Shown one piece after another: positions 19,314 through 29,091 of a stretch of 64,000 nt of DNA. Source of the DNA: Betaproteobacteria bacterium (GTDB taxonomy: Bacteria > Pseudomonadota > Gammaproteobacteria > Burkholderiales > SG8-39); NCBI GenBank assembly GCA_016195915.1, contig JACPYS010000038.1, positions 136,929 to 200,928 on the forward strand. The letters run 5' to 3'. Position 1 is the stretch's first letter, and each line of letters begins with the position of its first letter. Both the position numbers and the translations under genes were made by a program. The notes under the pieces were generated by a model that saw only the letters and a program-made list of their open reading frames with translations, was not told the DNA's origin and did not search any database.

Positions 19314-20804
19314 TCAACTCCTCGCTGTCGCGCGGCGCAGCGCCCGGCCCGGGCGCAAGCCCGTGGCCCGGCCTTGTTCCACCGCCTTAACGCCGTTCAC
19401 GAACACCGAAACGATCCCGTCCGGAGCCCGATGCGGATCGGCGAACGTGCCGCGGTCGATGATGCGTTCCGGATCGAACAGCACCAGGTCCGCATGCGCA
19501 CCCGGCTTCACCACGCCGCGGCCTTCCAGAGCGAACTTGGCGGCCGGAAAACCCGTCATCCGGTAAATCGCCTCCGCGAGGGGGAACAGTCCCAGGTCAC
19601 GCGCATAGCGGCCGAGCACGCGCGCGAACGTGCCATAGAGCCGAGGGTGCGGCTTTCCCTCGAGCGTCGGTATCCCGTCCGAACCGATCATGGTGCTCCG
19701 ATGGCGCATCACCGTGCGCACGTCATCCTCGCTCATCACGTGCAGCACGACGGTCGCCCCCGGCTCTTCGGCGAGGATGCGGGTGGCGGCCGCTTCGGGC
19801 TCGCAACCCATCGCCAGTGCAAGCTCGACGACGGTCTTGCCCTCCCACTCGGGACGCGCGGCGCTCGATGCGATCACCACGTCTCCGGCGCTCAGCTCGC
19901 CGATTCCGCCGCCGAACTTCCCGTCCCTGAATACGGCCGAGAGAATCGTGCTTCCCGCCGTATACGGATACTGGTCCGCGTGCACGCCGAGGCCGCGCGC
20001 CTGCGCACGCTCGATCAATTGAAGCGATTCGCGCACCAGGCCCCATGCGGAACGGCCCGAAGCCTTGTGATGCGAAATCTGCACCGGCACCCCCGCGCGC
20101 TCGCCGATGGCGATCGCCTCATTCACCGATTCGAGCAGGCCGGTGCTCTCGTCGCGCATGTGGGTCGCATACAGCGCCCCGGTGCCGCGCATCAATGATG
20201 CCAACTCGACCAGTTCGTCGGTGCCCGCGAAACGCCCCGGGTCGTAGATCAGGCCGGAGGACAGCCCGAGCGCGCCCGCTTCGAGGCCTTCCGTGATGAT
20301 CGCCTTCATGCGCGCCATTTCCTTCGCCTCGGGCGCGCGCACCTCCTGGCCCATCGCCGCCATGCGCGCCGTGCCATGCCCGATGAGCACGCCGACGTTC
20401 ACCGCCGGAGGCGCGGCATCGAGCTGCGCGAGATAGCCCGCATACCCCCGCCACTCCGGCAGCACCGCATGCGGATGGAACGCGCGCGCCATCACCGAGG
20501 CTTCTGCGAACGGCGCCGCGCCCATGCCGCAGTTGCCCACCACGCAGGTGGTGACGCCGCCGCACAGCTTGAATTCCATCTGTGGATGCAGCACGGCCGC
20601 GAAATCATCGTGCGTGTGCACGTCGATGAAACCGGGTGACAGCGCGAGGCCGCGCCCGTCGAGCGAGGCGCGTGCGGTCCCGCCCGCCGCACCGACCTCC
20701 GCGATGCGACCGCCTTCGATCGCAATGTCCGCGATCACCGGCGGCGCGCCCGTGCCGTCGTACAGGCTCGCTTCGCGGATGACCCAGTCGTATGTGTGAC
20801 TCAT
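19314..20804 (-). CDS. N-acyl-D-amino-acid deacylase (D-aminoacylase) family amidohydrolase
   Basis: The track ORF was trimmed to the ATG at 20804 (MSHTYDWVIREASLYDGTGAPPVIADIAIEGGRI). GFIDVHTHDD metal-binding motif. ATGA overlap with the upstream M20 gene. Confidence 0.85.
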   Translation of the reverse strand: MSHTYDWVIREASLYDGTGAPPVIADIAIEGGRIAEVGAAGGTARASLDGRGLALSPGFIDVHTHDDFAAVLHPQMEFKLCGGVTTCVVGNCGMGAAPFAEASVMARAFHPHAVLPEWRGYAGYLAQLDAAPPAVNVGVLIGHGTARMAAMGQEVRAPEAKEMARMKAIITEGLEAGALGLSSGLIYDPGRFAGTDELVELASLMRGTGALYATHMRDESTGLLESVNEAIAIGERAGVPVQISHHKASGRSAWGLVRESLQLIERAQARGLGVHADQYPYTAGSTILSAVFRDGKFGGGIGELSAGDVVIASSAARPEWEGKTVVELALAMGCEPEAAATRILAEEPGATVVLHVMSEDDVRTVMRHRSTMIGSDGIPTLEGKPHPRLYGTFARVLGRYARDLGLFPLAEAIYRMTGFPAAKFALEGRGVVKPGAHADLVLFDPERIIDRGTFADPHRAPDGIVSVFVNGVKAVEQGRATGLRPGRALRRATARS

Positions 20805-22093
20805 ATCCGGTTCAACCCGCACCAGCGCGCGATGAACAGCGCAAGCACCGCAGTGACTTCCTGCATGCTGCAAATCGACACCCATTCGTCGATGCCGTGG
20901 CCATTGCCATGGAGCGGGCCGTAACAGGTCGCCGGAATTCCTCCATACCGGTGGAAGAACCTCGCATCGGTGGTGGCCGTGGACGCACGCAGCGCCGCGC
21001 CGGCGCCGGCAATGTCCCGGTGACTTTGCGTGAGCGTCGCGATCATCGGCTGATCCATGTCGACCAGAAAACCTTCCGCCTGAAAGCCCTTATAGACGAC
21101 CTCGTAGCGGACGCTGGCCTTGTCCGGGTGGGCATCATGGGCCGCCTTCAGAAGCGCTTCGACTTCGCGGCGCACCTCAGATGGCTTCGTGCCCGGATAG
21201 AAGCCGAGCCGGAGGTCGGCACGGCAATGCGTCGACACCGACGACGCCCATTCGCCGCCCGAAATCTTGCCGAGGTTGAAGTTGATCGGATGATCGTGCC
21301 CGCGGTAATGCGAATGTCGGGCCGACGGCTCGTTCCACCGGCGCTCGAGTTCCATCAGCTTGCCGGCCAGGTACTGCGTGAACTGAATTGCGCCGACACC
21401 GGTGTGCGCAATGGACGCGTGCACCGGCACCCCGAGCACCTCGATGGCCAGCCACATCACGCCCATCTGGCTGGTCAGAATGCCGTCGACCGGTTCGGGT
21501 ATCAACGCCGCGTCGGCCTGGTACCCCTCGACCAGGCAGGCAAGCGCGCCGTTGCCGGTGCATTCCTCCTCGATCACCGATTGCAGATAGACCGGCGCCG
21601 CCGGCTCCCATCCCATTCGCTGCAGGGCCAGGAAAGCCATGGTGTACGCGACGATGCCCGCTTTCATGTCGCCGGCGCCGCGCCCATAGATCCGGTCGCC
21701 ATCGATAACCGGCTGAAATGGGGGGTGGCTCCACAACGCGTCCGCTCCAACGGGCACCACGTCGATGTGGCCGTTGAGGATCAGCGATTTTCCCCGCACC
21801 GGACCCCTCGGCTGGTGGATGCCTACGACGTTGCTGCGCCCGTCATAGGAGACGATGGACGGGGAGTAGCCGGGATGCGTCCTGATCTTTTCCTCATCGA
21901 TCTGGAATTCGTGCACCCGCAGGCCCATGGCCTCGAACCGGTCTTCCACATAGGCCTGCGCCGGCGCCTCGTCGCCAAGCAGCGAGGGGTGGCGGACAAG
22001 ATCGCACAGCATCGCCACCGCATCCGGGCGCAGGGCGTCGACCGAATCGACGATCGCCTGCCGGTCCAGTGTTTCGGAAAACTCGACGTTCAT
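20801..22093 (-). CDS. ArgE/DapE family M20 deacylase
   Basis: 430 aa. LILNGHIDVVP, GRGAGDMKAG and IEEECTGNGA motifs of M20 peptidases. Confidence 0.85.
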   Translation of the reverse strand: MNVEFSETLDRQAIVDSVDALRPDAVAMLCDLVRHPSLLGDEAPAQAYVEDRFEAMGLRVHEFQIDEEKIRTHPGYSPSIVSYDGRSNVVGIHQPRGPVRGKSLILNGHIDVVPVGADALWSHPPFQPVIDGDRIYGRGAGDMKAGIVAYTMAFLALQRMGWEPAAPVYLQSVIEEECTGNGALACLVEGYQADAALIPEPVDGILTSQMGVMWLAIEVLGVPVHASIAHTGVGAIQFTQYLAGKLMELERRWNEPSARHSHYRGHDHPINFNLGKISGGEWASSVSTHCRADLRLGFYPGTKPSEVRREVEALLKAAHDAHPDKASVRYEVVYKGFQAEGFLVDMDQPMIATLTQSHRDIAGAGAALRASTATTDARFFHRYGGIPATCYGPLHGNGHGIDEWVSICSMQEVTAVLALFIARWCGLNRI

Positions 22094-22267
22094 GCCCGCG
22101 CTCCTCGAGTGACTCGTGGCCAGCAGAAAAGCAGGCAGGGTACCGCCCGGCGCGCGGCGCCTGCAAGCGCCGGTTCGCCGCCGGGTCTATTGCGCACTGC
22201 CGCGAACCCGGCTATGTTCGCACCGCACGCTTCCGCACAACAACCGAGCCCCCGGAGGAGTACGACC

Positions 22268-23854
22268 ATGTCCGCATCGAGTTCGCTCAAGCGCACCGCC
22301 ATCGGTGCGGTGTTCGCCGCAGCAATGCTGGCGCTTTGCCCGTCGCAGGCGCAGCAGAACACGCTGAAGGTGGTGATGCACTCGGACCTGAAGATCGTCG
22401 ATCCGATCTGGACCACCGCCTACATCACCCGCAACCATGGCTACATGATCTACGACACGCTGTTCGCGATGGACGCCAAGGGTGACATCAAGCCGCAGAT
22501 GGTCGGCAAATACGGCGTCAGTGCCGACAACCTGACCTGGACCTTCACGCTGCGCGACGGGCTGATGTTTCACGACGATAAGCCGGTCACCAGCGAAGAT
22601 GTGATCGCCTCGCTCAAGCGCTGGGGCGCCAAGGATTCGCTCGGCCAGAAGCTGATGAGCTTCGTCAAGGAGATGAAGCCGGCCGACGCGAAGACTTTCA
22701 CGATCTCGCTGAATTCGCCGACCGGCCTGATGCTGCAGGCGCTGGGCAAGCCCTCGTCGAATGTGCCCTTCATCATGCCCAAGCGCATCGCCGACACCAG
22801 CCCCAACGAGCAGATCAAGGAGTACGTCGGCTCGGGTCCGTTCGTGTTCAAGGCCGACGAGTGGAAGCCGGGCGACAAGGCGGTGTACGTGAAGTTCGCC
22901 AAGTACAGGGCGCGCAGCGAGCCGGCTTCAGGCGTGGCCGGCGGCAAGCTGGCCAAGGTCGAGCGCGTCGAGTGGCGCTGGATTCCGGATGCGCAGACCG
23001 CGGTCAACGCGCTGGTCGCAGGCGAGATCGACATGGTCGAGGATCCGCTCAACGATCTGCTGCCGGCGCTCAAGAAGAACCCCAGCGTGAAGCTGTTCGA
23101 CGGCAATCCGCTCGGCAACCAGTACACTTTCCGGTTCAACGTGCTGCACAAGCCGTTCGACAACCCGAAGATCCGCCAGGCGCTGTTCTATGCGTTCAAC
23201 CAGGAGGACTTCCTCAAGGCCGTGCACGGCGAGAAGGAGTTCTACCAGGTCTGCAAGGCGCTGTTTCCGTGCGGCACGCCGCTCTCGAGCACCCGGGGCA
23301 TGGAGGACAAGTACGAGTCAAACTTCAAGAAGGCGCGCGAGCTGTTGCAGGAAGCCGGCTACGACGGGACGCCGGTGGTGCTGATGCACTCGACCGATCT
23401 GACGGTGCTCACCAACCTGGCGCCGGTCGCCAAATCGCTGATGGAGCGCGCGGGATTCAAGGTCGACATGCAGTCGATGGACTGGCAGAGCCTGGTGGCG
23501 CGCCGTTCCAAGAAGGATCCGCCGGGCGCGGGCGGCTGGAATGCGTTCCTCACCTCGTGGGTGTCGGCCGACGTGCTCAACCCGGTCGGCGCGGGATTCC
23601 TCAACGCCAGCTGCGACAAGGCGATGTTCGGCTGGCCCTGCGATGAACAGATGGAGAAGCTGCGCGACACGTTCGCCCGCGAAACCGATGCGGGCAAGCA
23701 GAAGGCGATCGCCGAGCAGGTCCAGCAGCGCTTGATCGAGTACCCGACCCACATCCCGCTGGGCCAGTGGAAAAAACCCCAGGTGCTGCGCAAGAACATC
23801 GACGGCAACGTGGTCGCCCCGGTGACCGTGTTCTGGAACGTAACCAAGAAATGA
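22268..23854 (+). CDS. ABC transporter substrate-binding protein, peptide/nickel family 5
   Basis: ATG at 22268 after GGAGGA. MSASSSLKRTAIGAVFAAAMLALCPSQAQQ signal peptide, then a DppA/OppA-like body. The upstream part of the 1020-aa track ORF is a shadow of the antisense M20 gene. Confidence 0.85.
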   Translation: MSASSSLKRTAIGAVFAAAMLALCPSQAQQNTLKVVMHSDLKIVDPIWTTAYITRNHGYMIYDTLFAMDAKGDIKPQMVGKYGVSADNLTWTFTLRDGLMFHDDKPVTSEDVIASLKRWGAKDSLGQKLMSFVKEMKPADAKTFTISLNSPTGLMLQALGKPSSNVPFIMPKRIADTSPNEQIKEYVGSGPFVFKADEWKPGDKAVYVKFAKYRARSEPASGVAGGKLAKVERVEWRWIPDAQTAVNALVAGEIDMVEDPLNDLLPALKKNPSVKLFDGNPLGNQYTFRFNVLHKPFDNPKIRQALFYAFNQEDFLKAVHGEKEFYQVCKALFPCGTPLSSTRGMEDKYESNFKKARELLQEAGYDGTPVVLMHSTDLTVLTNLAPVAKSLMERAGFKVDMQSMDWQSLVARRSKKDPPGAGGWNAFLTSWVSADVLNPVGAGFLNASCDKAMFGWPCDEQMEKLRDTFARETDAGKQKAIAEQVQQRLIEYPTHIPLGQWKKPQVLRKNIDGNVVAPVTVFWNVTKK

Positions 23855-23912
23855 GTCGTCGTGACGGGCGGAAGCGTTCCGCCCGTCTGAGCGGCTTGCG
23901 GTAATTCGTTCC

Positions 23913-24854
23913 ATGTGGAACTACATCGGGCGCCGCATTCTGGCGACGCTGCCTGTGCTGCTGATCGTCGCGGTGCTCGTGTTTCTGATGCTGCGCCTCA
24001 CGCCGGGCGACCCGGCCGCGGTGATCGCCGGTGATGCGGCCACCTCCCAGGACGTGGCCGAGATCCGCGCCAAACTCGGGCTCGACCGCCCGGTGGTGAC
24101 GCAGTTTTTCATCTGGATCGGCCGCGGCCTGCAGGGCGACTTCGGCGAGTCGTTCTTCTACAAGAAGACCGTGGCCTCGCTGATCGCCGACCGGATCGAG
24201 CCGACGCTGGCACTCGCGACGCTGACCATCATCCTGGCCACCCTGATCGCCGTGCCGCTGGGCACACTGGCGGCCTACCGCCAGGGTTCGTGGATCGACC
24301 GCATCGTGATGGGAATCTCGGTGATCGGCTTCTCGGTACCGGTGTTCGTGATCGGCTATGTCCTGATCTACGTGTTCGCGCTGCAACTCGGCTGGTTTCC
24401 GGTGCAGGGCTACCAGCGCCTGGCCGACGGCTTCGGCGGTTTCCTGCACCGGCTGATCCTGCCTTCGATCACGCTGGCCATGGTGTACGTCGCGCTGCTG
24501 GCGCGGATGACGCGCACCAGCGTGCTCGAGGTGCTCAACGAGGATTACGTCCGCACCGCGCGGGCCAAGGGCCTGCCCAACCTGAAGGTGCTGGTGTTCC
24601 ATGCGCTGCGCAATGCCGCGGTGCCGATCGTCACCGTGATCGGCATCGGGATTGCCGTGCTGATCGGCGGCGTGGTGGTGACCGAGAGCGTCTACAACAT
24701 TCCCGGACTTGGGCGACTGACCGTCGATGCGGTGCTGGCCCGCGACTATCCGACGGTGCAGGCCGTGATCCTGCTGTTTTCGTTTGCCTACGTGGTGATC
24801 AACCTGGCGATCGACCTGATGTACACGGTTCTCGATCCGCGCATCCGTTACTGA
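23913..24854 (+). CDS. ABC transporter permease (DppB/OppB-like)
   Basis: 313 aa. MWNYIGRRILATLPVLLIVAVLVFLMLRLTPGDP is the canonical DppB N-terminus. Confidence 0.88.
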   Translation: MWNYIGRRILATLPVLLIVAVLVFLMLRLTPGDPAAVIAGDAATSQDVAEIRAKLGLDRPVVTQFFIWIGRGLQGDFGESFFYKKTVASLIADRIEPTLALATLTIILATLIAVPLGTLAAYRQGSWIDRIVMGISVIGFSVPVFVIGYVLIYVFALQLGWFPVQGYQRLADGFGGFLHRLILPSITLAMVYVALLARMTRTSVLEVLNEDYVRTARAKGLPNLKVLVFHALRNAAVPIVTVIGIGIAVLIGGVVVTESVYNIPGLGRLTVDAVLARDYPTVQAVILLFSFAYVVINLAIDLMYTVLDPRIRY

Positions 24855-24862
24855 CCGAGCGC

Positions 24863-25789
24863 ATGTCTGCCGTGCCGAGCATGATCGTGGAAGCGCCCGC
24901 CGTCACGGCCCGCAAGCCGGGGGCGTGGCTGCGGCTGCTGCACAACCCGAGCGTGCTGATCGGCGCGCTGCTGTTCGCGTTGATCGCGCTTATGGGCATC
25001 GCGGCACCGCTGCTCTCGAGCATCGATCCGGGCGCGATCAACCCGAGCAACCGCAACAAGACCCCCGGGTACGAAACTTCCGAACGCGATGACGAGGGCC
25101 GCAAGATCACCCGCAAGGCGATCATGGGGACGGACAGCCTCGGCCGTGACATCTACACGCGGGTCGTCTACGGCGCGCGGGTGTCGCTGATCGTCGGCAT
25201 CACGGTGTCGGTGCTCAGCGTCGTCGCCGGACTGGCGATCGGATTGTTCGCGGGCTATTTCCGCTGGCTCGACGGTGTCGTCATGCGGGTCATGGACGGC
25301 CTGATGGCGATCCCCGCGATCCTGCTCGCGATCGCGCTGGTATCGCTCTCTGGCGCAAGCATGATGACCGTGATCGTTGCGGTCGCAATACCGGAGATCC
25401 CGCGGGTGGTGCGGCTGGTGCGCGCGATCGTGCTGTCGATTCGCGAGGAGCCCTATGTCGAGGCCGCGATTTCGGTGGGCACCCCCGCCGTCAAGGTGCT
25501 GTGGCGGCACGTGCTACCCAACACGATCGCGCCGCTGATCGTTCAGGCCACCTTCATCTGCGGCTCGGCGATCCTGCTCGAGGCGATCCTCTCGTTCCTC
25601 GGCGTGGGTATCCCGCCCGAGACGCCGACCTGGGGCAACATCATGGCCGAGGGCCGCTCGCTGTTCCAGGTGTACCCGCACAACATCCTCTACCCCGGCG
25701 CCTTCCTGACGCTCACCGTGCTCGCGATCAACATGCTCGGCGATGGCCTGCGCGACACGCTCGACCCGAGAATGTCGAAAAGGCTGTGA
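24863..25789 (+). CDS. ABC transporter permease (DppC/OppC-like)
   Basis: In-frame ATG at 24863 (MSAVPSMIVEAP...). GTDSLGRDIYTRVVYGARVSL motif. Confidence 0.85.
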   Translation: MSAVPSMIVEAPAVTARKPGAWLRLLHNPSVLIGALLFALIALMGIAAPLLSSIDPGAINPSNRNKTPGYETSERDDEGRKITRKAIMGTDSLGRDIYTRVVYGARVSLIVGITVSVLSVVAGLAIGLFAGYFRWLDGVVMRVMDGLMAIPAILLAIALVSLSGASMMTVIVAVAIPEIPRVVRLVRAIVLSIREEPYVEAAISVGTPAVKVLWRHVLPNTIAPLIVQATFICGSAILLEAILSFLGVGIPPETPTWGNIMAEGRSLFQVYPHNILYPGAFLTLTVLAINMLGDGLRDTLDPRMSKRL

Positions 25790-27438
25790 TGAGCGCGCCG
25801 CCGCGCGAGGGATTGCCGATGGCCGAACCGGTTCTCGAGATCCGCGGACTGCGCATCGCGTTGCCCAAGGACAGCGATCGAGCGGAAGCCGTCTCCGGCG
25901 TTTCCTTCTCGGTCGCCGCCGGCGAGATCGTGTGCCTGGTCGGCGAGTCCGGCTCGGGCAAGTCGGTGATCGCCTTCTCCGCGATGGGTCTGCTGCCCAA
26001 GAGCCTGCCGGTCGTGTCCGGCACGATCGCGCTGCAGGGCGAAAACCTGGTCGGCGCGAGCGAGTACCGGCTGCGCGAACTGCGCTGTACGCGCATGGGC
26101 ATGATCTTCCAGGAACCGATGACTGCGCTCAATCCGGTGATGCGCTGCGGCGACCAGATCGACGAGGTGCTGCGCGCGCATACGCAGCTCGCGGCGGCCG
26201 TGCGCCGCGAGAAGATCATCGCCATGATCGCTCAGGTGCACCTGCCCGATCCGGTGCGCATGGTCGACTCGTTCCCGCATCAGCTCTCGGGCGGCCAGCG
26301 TCAGCGCATCATGATCGCGATGGCGCTGGTCCTCGGACCGTCGCTGCTGATCGCCGACGAGCCGACCACGGCGCTCGACGTCACCACGCAGGCACAGATC
26401 CTGAAGCTGATCAGGGAGCTTCAGCGCGACCGCGGCACCGGCGTGCTGTTCATCACACACGATTTCGGCGTAGTGGCCGAAATCGCCGATCGCGTCGCGG
26501 TGCTGCAGTACGGCGAGCTGGTCGAGATGGGGCCGACCGCGCAGATCCTGAGCGCGCCCCAGCATCCGTACACCCGGATGCTGATCGCCTCGGTACCCAG
26601 CCACACGCCGCCCGCTCGTCCGCCGGTCGCGGGGGCGGGCGATGCGATCGTGCTCAGCACCGAAGCACTGGCCAAGACTTATTCGACCGCCGGCCTGTTC
26701 GGCGGAGCACGCAAGGTCGACGCGGCACGCGATGTCAGCATCGAGATCCGCAAGGGAGAAACGCTGGGGATTGTCGGCGAGTCCGGTTCCGGCAAGTCGA
26801 CGGTGGCGCGCTGTATCGCCCGGCTGATCGACCCCAGCGGCGGCAAGATCCTGCTTTGCGGCACCGACATTGCGCGCATGCCGGCCGGACGCCTGCGCGA
26901 GCTTCGGCACAAGGTGCAGATCGTGTTCCAGGACCCCTACCGTTCGCTCAATCCAAGACGCACGGTCGGTGAATCGATCATCGAAGGTCCGATGAACTAC
27001 GGCCTCGCGAGGCACGACGCGCTGGAGCGCTCCCGCAAGCTGATGGAACTGGTGCGGCTGGACCCCGGCGCGCTCGAGCGCTACCCCCATCAGTTTTCCG
27101 GCGGGCAGCGGCAGCGCATCTGCATCGCGCGGGCCCTGGCGATGGAACCGGAACTGCTGATCGCCGACGAAGCGGTCTCCGCGCTCGACGTGTCGGTGCA
27201 GGCGCAGGTTCTGAAGCTGCTCGAAGAGATCCGCCACTCGCTGCACCTGGCGGTCCTGTTCATCACCCATGACCTGCGCGTGGCCGCGCAGGTCTGCGAC
27301 AAGGTCGCCGTGATGTCCAAGGGAATCGTGGTGGAATACGGCCCCGCCGAACAGGTGTTCAGGGCGCCACAACATGAATACACGCGCGCCCTGTTCGACG
27401 CGGCTCCCGGCCGCGGATTCGAATTCGCGGCGGCCTGA
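25789..27438 (+). CDS. fused double ATPase of the peptide ABC transporter (DppD/DppF-like)
   Basis: The ATG at 25789 overlaps the permease TGA (TGATG). Two Walker A motifs (GESGSGKS twice) and two LSGGQRQR signatures. Confidence 0.88.
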   Translation: MSAPPREGLPMAEPVLEIRGLRIALPKDSDRAEAVSGVSFSVAAGEIVCLVGESGSGKSVIAFSAMGLLPKSLPVVSGTIALQGENLVGASEYRLRELRCTRMGMIFQEPMTALNPVMRCGDQIDEVLRAHTQLAAAVRREKIIAMIAQVHLPDPVRMVDSFPHQLSGGQRQRIMIAMALVLGPSLLIADEPTTALDVTTQAQILKLIRELQRDRGTGVLFITHDFGVVAEIADRVAVLQYGELVEMGPTAQILSAPQHPYTRMLIASVPSHTPPARPPVAGAGDAIVLSTEALAKTYSTAGLFGGARKVDAARDVSIEIRKGETLGIVGESGSGKSTVARCIARLIDPSGGKILLCGTDIARMPAGRLRELRHKVQIVFQDPYRSLNPRRTVGESIIEGPMNYGLARHDALERSRKLMELVRLDPGALERYPHQFSGGQRQRICIARALAMEPELLIADEAVSALDVSVQAQVLKLLEEIRHSLHLAVLFITHDLRVAAQVCDKVAVMSKGIVVEYGPAEQVFRAPQHEYTRALFDAAPGRGFEFAAA

Positions 27439-27467
27439 ACGCACCGCGTTCGGCTAGCATTGCGCCT

Positions 27468-28265
27468 ATGGCACTCGATGATCTCGATTCCGCGGCAATT
27501 GCGCGAGCGCTCGAGCGCGAAGGCGTTTCGCTCGAGCTCGAAGTGCTTGCCACCTGCACCTCCACCAACAGCGTGCTGCTCGAGCGCGCGGCCGAACCTC
27601 GCGCGCTGCTGCTGATTGCCGATGAGCAACGCGCTGGCAGAGGGCGCCGCGGGCGGCAGTGGCTCACGCAGCGTGGCGCGGCGCTCACTTTTTCGCTGCG
27701 CTGGCAGTTTCGCGCTCCCGCGCAGGCCCTGCGCGGCCTGTCGCTCGCCGCCGGCGTCGCGCTCGCGCGTGCGCTGCGCGAGCTGGGCGCGCGCGCGGTC
27801 GGGCTCAAGTGGCCCAACGATCTGCTGGTCGCGGGCAGCAATGCGAAGCTCGGCGGCATCCTGGTCGAAACGCACGCCACCGCCGGCGGCACGGCCGCAA
27901 TCATCGGCGTTGGCCTGAATTACCGGACGGTTCCTGCTCTCGAGGACAGCCTGATGCGCCGCATCGCCGCGCTCGAGGAACTGCTCGAGCCGCTGCCGCG
28001 GCGGGACATGCTCGCGGCTCGTCTCGCCGCGGAACTCGTGCGGGCGCTGCGCGCCTTCGAAACGGGTGGACTCGCCGCGTTCAGCGAGGAATGGGAATCG
28101 CTGCACGCCTTCCGCGGACAATACTTGAGCGTGAGCACCGACGACGGACTCACGCTCGCGGGCACGGCCGAGGGCATCGCCGCCGACGGGGCGCTGCTGC
28201 TGCGCACCGGCAGCGGCGTGCACAGCATCTACAGCGGCAGTGTCGTCCCGGCGAGGACCGCATGA
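27468..28265 (+). CDS. birA: biotin--[acetyl-CoA-carboxylase] ligase (no N-terminal HTH domain)
   Basis: 265 aa. DEQRAGRGRRGRQW and KWPNDLL motifs. Confidence 0.85.
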   Translation: MALDDLDSAAIARALEREGVSLELEVLATCTSTNSVLLERAAEPRALLLIADEQRAGRGRRGRQWLTQRGAALTFSLRWQFRAPAQALRGLSLAAGVALARALRELGARAVGLKWPNDLLVAGSNAKLGGILVETHATAGGTAAIIGVGLNYRTVPALEDSLMRRIAALEELLEPLPRRDMLAARLAAELVRALRAFETGGLAAFSEEWESLHAFRGQYLSVSTDDGLTLAGTAEGIAADGALLLRTGSGVHSIYSGSVVPARTA

Positions 28266-29011
28266 TTCTCGCGATCGACGCGGGCAATTCGCGTGTCAAG
28301 TGGGGCTGGCACGACGGCGCCGATTGGACCAGCCTCGCGACGGTGTCGCTGATCGAGTTTGCCGCGGCCAATAACGACATCAACCCTTTTGCCGCAACGC
28401 ACGCCGACCCCGAGCGCATCATCATCTCCAACGTCGCCGGCGAAGGCGTGCACCAGTTGCTCATCAACTGGACGAGCATTTTCGAGACCGAGTCGCTCTG
28501 GCTGCGCGGCGAGGCCGATCGCTGCGGCGTGAAAAACAGCTACGAGCGGCCCGAGCTGCTCGGACCCGACCGCTGGGCCGCGCTGATTGCCGCGCACGCC
28601 CTGCATTGGGGGCAGCCCTGCCTGGTGGTCAACGCGGGTACCGCCACCACGATCGACATGCTCTCCGCGCAAGGCGTGTTCGAAGGCGGGCTGATCATGC
28701 CGGGCATCGACCTGATGCGCTTCGTGCTGCACGAACACACAGGACGCCTGCCGTTGCAGGAAGGCCAATACGTACGCGCGCCGACCAACACCGTCGACGC
28801 GATCGAAACCGGCTGCCGGCACGCGCAGGCCGGTGCCGTGGAACGCATGTTCCGGCTGCTCGGGCGCGGGGCGCAGTGCATCGTCTCGGGCGGAGGCGGA
28901 CCGGCCCTGATCGAAAAGCTTCCCGGCCTGCCCTGCCGTTTTGTCGATACGCTCGTGCTCGAAGGGCTCGGGCGCATCGGGCTGGATGAGTTGTTGCGCA
29001 CATCCCCATGA
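28262..29011 (+). CDS. coaX: type III pantothenate kinase
   Basis: The ATG at 28262 overlaps the birA stop. MILAIDAGNSRVKWG and NAGTATTID motifs. Its stop TGA (29009-29011) lies in the first 17-bp repeat unit. Confidence 0.88.
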   Translation: MILAIDAGNSRVKWGWHDGADWTSLATVSLIEFAAANNDINPFAATHADPERIIISNVAGEGVHQLLINWTSIFETESLWLRGEADRCGVKNSYERPELLGPDRWAALIAAHALHWGQPCLVVNAGTATTIDMLSAQGVFEGGLIMPGIDLMRFVLHEHTGRLPLQEGQYVRAPTNTVDAIETGCRHAQAGAVERMFRLLGRGAQCIVSGGGGPALIEKLPGLPCRFVDTLVLEGLGRIGLDELLRTSP

Positions 29012-29091
29012 GGACCTGTTTCCCATGAGGACCTGTTTCCCATGAGGACCTGTTTCCCATGAGGACCTGTTTCCCATGAGGACTCTGTTTC
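29007..29091 (+). repeat. 17-bp tandem repeat, four perfect copies of CATGAGGACCTGTTTCC plus one 18-bp variant
   Basis: Units start at 29007, 29024, 29041 and 29058. The variant CATGAGGACTCTGTTTC at 29075 holds the real start of the SPOR gene. Each unit contains ATGA and an AGGA. Confidence 0.95.

Noticed and set aside
22190-22218. Possible sigma-70 promoter for the peptide ABC operon (TTGCGC, 17 nt, TATGTT)
   Set aside because: The spacing is right, but both hexamers are weak matches, and such hits arise by chance. It is not reported as a feature without transcript data.
29007-29091. Whether the 17-bp repeats could be a CRISPR array
   Set aside because: The units are directly abutting with no spacers, are only 17 bp long, and no cas genes are nearby. 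This is a plain tandem duplication.
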